The position numbers and the translations under genes were made by a program. From Gaiellaceae bacterium (GTDB lineage Bacteria; Actinomycetota; Thermoleophilia; Gaiellales; Gaiellaceae): a stretch of DNA of 64,000 nt. The stretch covers positions 3,692-67,691 of the forward strand of contig DASRBX010000009.1 in assembly GCA_035653395.1 (NCBI GenBank). The letters run 5' to 3'. This document shows positions 60,793 through 64,000 of this stretch, one piece after another; the stretch's first letter is position 1; the number at the start of each line of letters is the position of its first letter. Below the pieces are notes generated by a model. The model was not told where the DNA came from and did no database searches. It was given only the letters and a program-made list of their open reading frames with translations.

Positions 60793-61941
60793 TCACTCGA
60801 CGGCGACGGCGGCGGTGCGGTGCCTCGCGCGCCGCGCCGCCGCCAGCCCCGTCGCGCAGAGCCCGGCCGAGACGAGGAAGGGAACGACGTCGCCCGACGC
60901 GGCGGCGACCGCGCCTCCGGCGGCCGGTCCGAGCAGCGCCCCGCTCGCCCAGGCCGCGTTCATGAGGCCGAAGGCCATCCCCTGCGGCAGGCCGCTCCGC
61001 TCCGCGCCCTCCGCGATGAGCGCGAAGGCCGGTGTGAAGAGGACGCCGTACGAGCCGCCGGCGACGACCACGAGCGGCACGTAGACGAAAGGCCGTGGGC
61101 CGAGCGCGAGGCCGACCGAGACGGCGACCGCTGCGGCGAGCGCCACCTGGACCGGCAGGAGCACGCCGCGGCGGTCGAGCACGCGGCCCGCGACCGGCGA
61201 GAGGACGGTCTCGAAGCTCGCCCCGACGAGCCAGACGGCGCCGATCGCGACCGCTCCCCAGCCGGCTGCGGCGAGACGGAGAGGCGCGAGCGTCGAGAGG
61301 ACGCCGAACAGGAACGAGGGCAGCGCCATCAGGGCGAGCCCGCCGAGGAAGTGGGAGTCGCGCATCGCCCGGCCCATCGCAGACACGGACGGCGCCTCCG
61401 GCGGGATCGACTCGATTCTCAGCGTCCAGGCGCCCAGCACCACCGCGAGGGCCGCGAGCGCGCTGAAGACGACGCCTCGTCCGAGGAGCGCCGCCGCGCC
61501 GCCGACGACCGGCCCGAACAGCGCGCCGAACACGGCGGCGCCGAGCGCCGTCCCGATCAGCTCGCCGCGGCGGTCGCGCGGCGCGGCCGCCAGGAGCCAG
61601 GCGAACGCTCCCGCCCACGTGAAGCCGCTGGCGCATCCCTGCAGGAAACGGGCGACGGCGAGCGGCCAGAAGCCGTGGGCGAAGGCGAACCCGAGGCTCG
61701 CGAGGCCCATCAGCGCCAGGCCGCCGAGGACGGCCCGCCGCGCGCCGAAGCGGGCTGCGGCCGCCCCTCCGGGCAGCCCGCCCACGAGGGCTCCGGCCCC
61801 GTCGGCGGCGACGAGCACGCCGGCCCCCGCCTTCGAGAGATGGAGCGCGTGGGTGAAGTCGGGCAGGAGCGGCGTGAGCGCCGCGTAGAGCATGGTGTCC
61901 ACCCACACCACCGCGGACACGAGGATGAGAAGGCGGCGCAT
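60793..61941 (-). CDS. MFS transporter
   Basis: 12 hydrophobic segments, and Gly/Ala-rich. Confidence 0.75.
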   Translation of the reverse strand: MRRLLILVSAVVWVDTMLYAALTPLLPDFTHALHLSKAGAGVLVAADGAGALVGGLPGGAAAARFGARRAVLGGLALMGLASLGFAFAHGFWPLAVARFLQGCASGFTWAGAFAWLLAAAPRDRRGELIGTALGAAVFGALFGPVVGGAAALLGRGVVFSALAALAVVLGAWTLRIESIPPEAPSVSAMGRAMRDSHFLGGLALMALPSFLFGVLSTLAPLRLAAAGWGAVAIGAVWLVGASFETVLSPVAGRVLDRRGVLLPVQVALAAAVAVSVGLALGPRPFVYVPLVVVAGGSYGVLFTPAFALIAEGAERSGLPQGMAFGLMNAAWASGALLGPAAGGAVAAASGDVVPFLVSAGLCATGLAAARRARHRTAAVAVE

Positions 61942-62002
61942 TCGCCTTCAGCGTATTTCCGTCCTACCGTTCAGGTGTGACAGTTCGAGGCCCCGGCGCC
62001 GT

Positions 62003-62545
62003 ATGAGCGACGTGAACGCGCTGCCGGCAGCCGTCCGACCGCCCGGCCGGGTCGGCGCACCGCTCTTCGCGGACGTCGTCGCCGAGCATCTCGACGCCGT
62101 CTACCGCTACCTCGTCTACCTCACGGGAGACCGCGCGGCGGCCGAGGACCTCGTAGCGGAGACGTTCGAGCGCGCCTTCCGCAGCTGGCGCCGCTTCGAT
62201 CCGCGCCGCGGCGCGCCCCGCACCTGGCTCTGCCGGATCGCGCACTCGGCCGCCGTGGACTGGTTCCGGGCTGAGGCCCGGCGGCAGCGGCGCGAGGAGA
62301 CCTACAGCCGCCACGAGGCGCTGCTCGAGGAGTCCGTCTTCGCCGAGGGCCTGTCGCCGGAGCTCGAACGGGCCCTGCGCCGCCTGACCCCGGCAGAGCG
62401 CGAGGTGGTGGCGCTGCGCGTCCTGCTCGAGCTCGACGGCCCGAGCGCCGCGCGTGTGCTGGGAATCAGTGACACCGCTTGCTCGACCCGGCTCAGCCGG
62501 GCGCTGAAACGACTGGAGGAGGAGATGTCGGATGTCCGCAATTGA
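62003..62545 (+). CDS. ECF (group 4) sigma factor
   Basis: Region 2 AEDLVAETFERAF...WL..IA.....D..R. Region 4 LTPAEREVVALRVLLELDGPSAARVLGIS. Confidence 0.85.
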   Translation: MSDVNALPAAVRPPGRVGAPLFADVVAEHLDAVYRYLVYLTGDRAAAEDLVAETFERAFRSWRRFDPRRGAPRTWLCRIAHSAAVDWFRAEARRQRREETYSRHEALLEESVFAEGLSPELERALRRLTPAEREVVALRVLLELDGPSAARVLGISDTACSTRLSRALKRLEEEMSDVRN

Positions 62546-63683
62546 CCGGAGCGAACTGGACGCGTACGAGACGCTCGTCTCCGCGTTGCGGGCAAGCGCG
62601 CCCGTAGCGCCGGAGCGCCTGCGGCAGCGGATCGTGGAGAGCGCGCCGGCTCCCCGCCGCCGCAGGTCGCGGAAGCAGCGGCTGCTCTTCGTGGTCGTGC
62701 CGGCGGCCGTCGTGCTCGCCGTCGGCGCCGCCCTCGTGCACGGCTTCGTGAGCTCTCGCTCCTCCCGAAACGCCGACGTAGCGTCACTCGCGGCCGGAAG
62801 GGCAACATCCTCGTACCCCTCGGCGCGTCCGTCCTCGACCACAGGGGCGCAGAAGGCGGCGAGGCTTTCGGCTCATTCCTTCTCTAAGGGCAAGAACGAC
62901 AACCTGGGAGCGGCGCTAGCGCCTTACGCCATGGGCAAAGCCCCCGTGAAGGTGCTCCACGGCTCGGCGGAGCGGGCGATCACGATCCCGAGGCACCGCC
63001 TCGTGCACGCAGTCGCCTCCCTCGAGGTGGGCGTGAAGCGCTCGAAGCTCTCGGAGGCGACGAACGCGGCCTCGCAGATCGTCGGCTCGTTCGGCGGCTA
63101 CGCGCAGTCGGTCCGCTTCGAGAGCTCGCGCCAGGGCTACGGCAGCGCCTTCCTGGCGCTCCGCGTGCCCGTGCAGAAGGCACAGGCCGCGATCGCGAAG
63201 CTCTCCACGCTCGGCAGGCTCCTCTCCCAGCAGGTCTCGACGCAGGACCTGCAGACGAAGCTTACGCACGAGAACAGCGGCATCGGTTCGCTGCGGAGCG
63301 CGATCGCCGTCTATGAGCAGGCGCTGCAGAGCGGGACGCTGTCCGCGACGGAGCGGGTGACCATCGAGATCCGGCTCAACAACGCCCGCCGCGCGCTGGC
63401 GCAGCTGCGGCACGCCCGCAACGGCACCCTCGCGGCCGGCGAGACCGCCGACATCTCGCTCGTCCTGACGACCCAGAGCCACGCCGTGGTCGTACCGCAC
63501 CATCACGGGCGCTCGCGCTTCGGCCGGCTGCTCGGCTCCGCCGCGCACTACCTCGCGTGGGAGGGGATCATCGTCCTCTACGCGCTCGTCGTGATCAGCC
63601 CGCTCATCGTGCTCGGCGGCCTCGCGTGGCTCCTCCTGCGCGAGCGGCGCCGGCGCGAGGAGCGGCTGCTCGCATCCGCCTAG
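62532..63683 (+). CDS. Membrane protein with anti-sigma-like N-terminus and DUF4349-like domain
   Basis: It overlaps the sigma gene stop by 14 nt. One TM lies after the N-terminal segment, followed by a coiled DUF4349-like region and a C-terminal TM. Confidence 0.6.
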   Translation: MSAIDRSELDAYETLVSALRASAPVAPERLRQRIVESAPAPRRRRSRKQRLLFVVVPAAVVLAVGAALVHGFVSSRSSRNADVASLAAGRATSSYPSARPSSTTGAQKAARLSAHSFSKGKNDNLGAALAPYAMGKAPVKVLHGSAERAITIPRHRLVHAVASLEVGVKRSKLSEATNAASQIVGSFGGYAQSVRFESSRQGYGSAFLALRVPVQKAQAAIAKLSTLGRLLSQQVSTQDLQTKLTHENSGIGSLRSAIAVYEQALQSGTLSATERVTIEIRLNNARRALAQLRHARNGTLAAGETADISLVLTTQSHAVVVPHHHGRSRFGRLLGSAAHYLAWEGIIVLYALVVISPLIVLGGLAWLLLRERRRREERLLASA

Positions 63684-63704
63684 GGGATCTGGTGAAATAC
63701 GGCC

Positions 63705-63908
63705 GTGCTCGGGGCAGAGCTCTCGACCGGCCACGAGATCGGCCTCATCGTCGTCGCGGCAGTGTTCATCGCATTTGCGCTCGCGTCGTCGTTCCTCGTG
63801 CCGCGCTACAAGCCGGACTTCCCGGGGCCCGCGGGGCTCAGCGTGTTCGCCATCGCGTCGATCGTGCTCTTCGGGCTGATGATCGCGGCCGTGAACTTCT
63901 TCGGCTAG
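63705..63908 (+). CDS. 67-aa two-TM membrane protein, hypothetical
   Basis: Two hydrophobic helices. GTG start. Confidence 0.4.
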   Translation: MLGAELSTGHEIGLIVVAAVFIAFALASSFLVPRYKPDFPGPAGLSVFAIASIVLFGLMIAAVNFFG

Positions 63909-63929
63909 CCGGTACGCTGTTCGCACTCC

Positions 63930-64000
63930 GGAGAAGTGGCCGAGTGGCTGAAGGCGGCGCCCTGCTAAGGCGTTATGGGGCTGAATGGCTCCATCGAGGG
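63930..64000 (+). tRNA. tRNA-Ser (anticodon GCU), 3' end cut by the window edge
   Basis: GGAGAAGTGGCCGAGTGGCTGAAGGCG D-arm, anticodon loop CTGCTAA, and the start of a long variable arm. Confidence 0.8.

Noticed and set aside
1-64000. A search for CRISPR arrays, transposases or IS ends, prophage genes, toxin-antitoxin pairs and known defence modules.
   Set aside because: None were recognised. There are no regularly spaced direct repeats and no such protein motifs in any frame I read.

Overview
This is a high-GC segment (about 70% by eye, not computed) that reads as core chromosome, not an accessory island. The lineage looks deep-branching Gram-positive or actinobacterial. CarD, DUF1707, DUF4232-like and MMPL proteins sit alongside a Bacillus-type yacP-sigH pair. 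I call about 70 protein genes, 2 pseudogenes and 4 RNA genes: tRNA-Thr(UGU), tRNA-Val(CAC), a partial tRNA-Ser(GCU), and a small SRP RNA that the ORF track cannot show.

Gene blocks, in order:
- disA-carD-ispD-(HAD)-ispF, then gltX-like-cysS-rlmB-yacP-sigH-tRNA-Thr.
- The acyl-CoA carboxylase genes pccB and accA.
- A GGDEF/HD-GYP sensor and an NlpC/P60 hydrolase.
- sucC-(methyltransferase)-sucD.
- icd-mdh-queF-SDR-ylbL.
- xerD and acyP, followed by the sulfate ABC operon cysPTWA with an Rrf2 regulator, then xerC.
- A non-classical succinate dehydrogenase: sdhA, a long sdhB, and an HdrB-like subunit.
- asd-ask and recR-ybaB-dnaX-ffs.
- Fumarylacetoacetase, MMPL, APC and MFS transporters, and an ECF sigma gene paired with a DUF4349 gene.

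I see no transposase, phage, CRISPR, toxin-antitoxin or recognisable defence genes, and no clear multi-gene novel system.

The most unusual signal is a 21-bp AT-rich quasi-palindrome, CAAG-TRACAG-N-CTGTYA-CAAG. It occurs four times, always co-oriented with transcription. In three unrelated housekeeping genes it lies in the same codon phase.

Other points worth a second look:
- A truncated GluRS-like gene.
- Extra genes wedged into three normally contiguous gene pairs.
- Two RBS-supported non-canonical starts (CTG and ATT).
- Two decayed genes.
- Several sub-60-aa CxxC mini-ORFs.
- Inverted repeats at the sigH, sucC and cysP control regions.

All family calls rest on motif recognition and recalled synteny. 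No searches or computations were run, and start codons are often uncertain.
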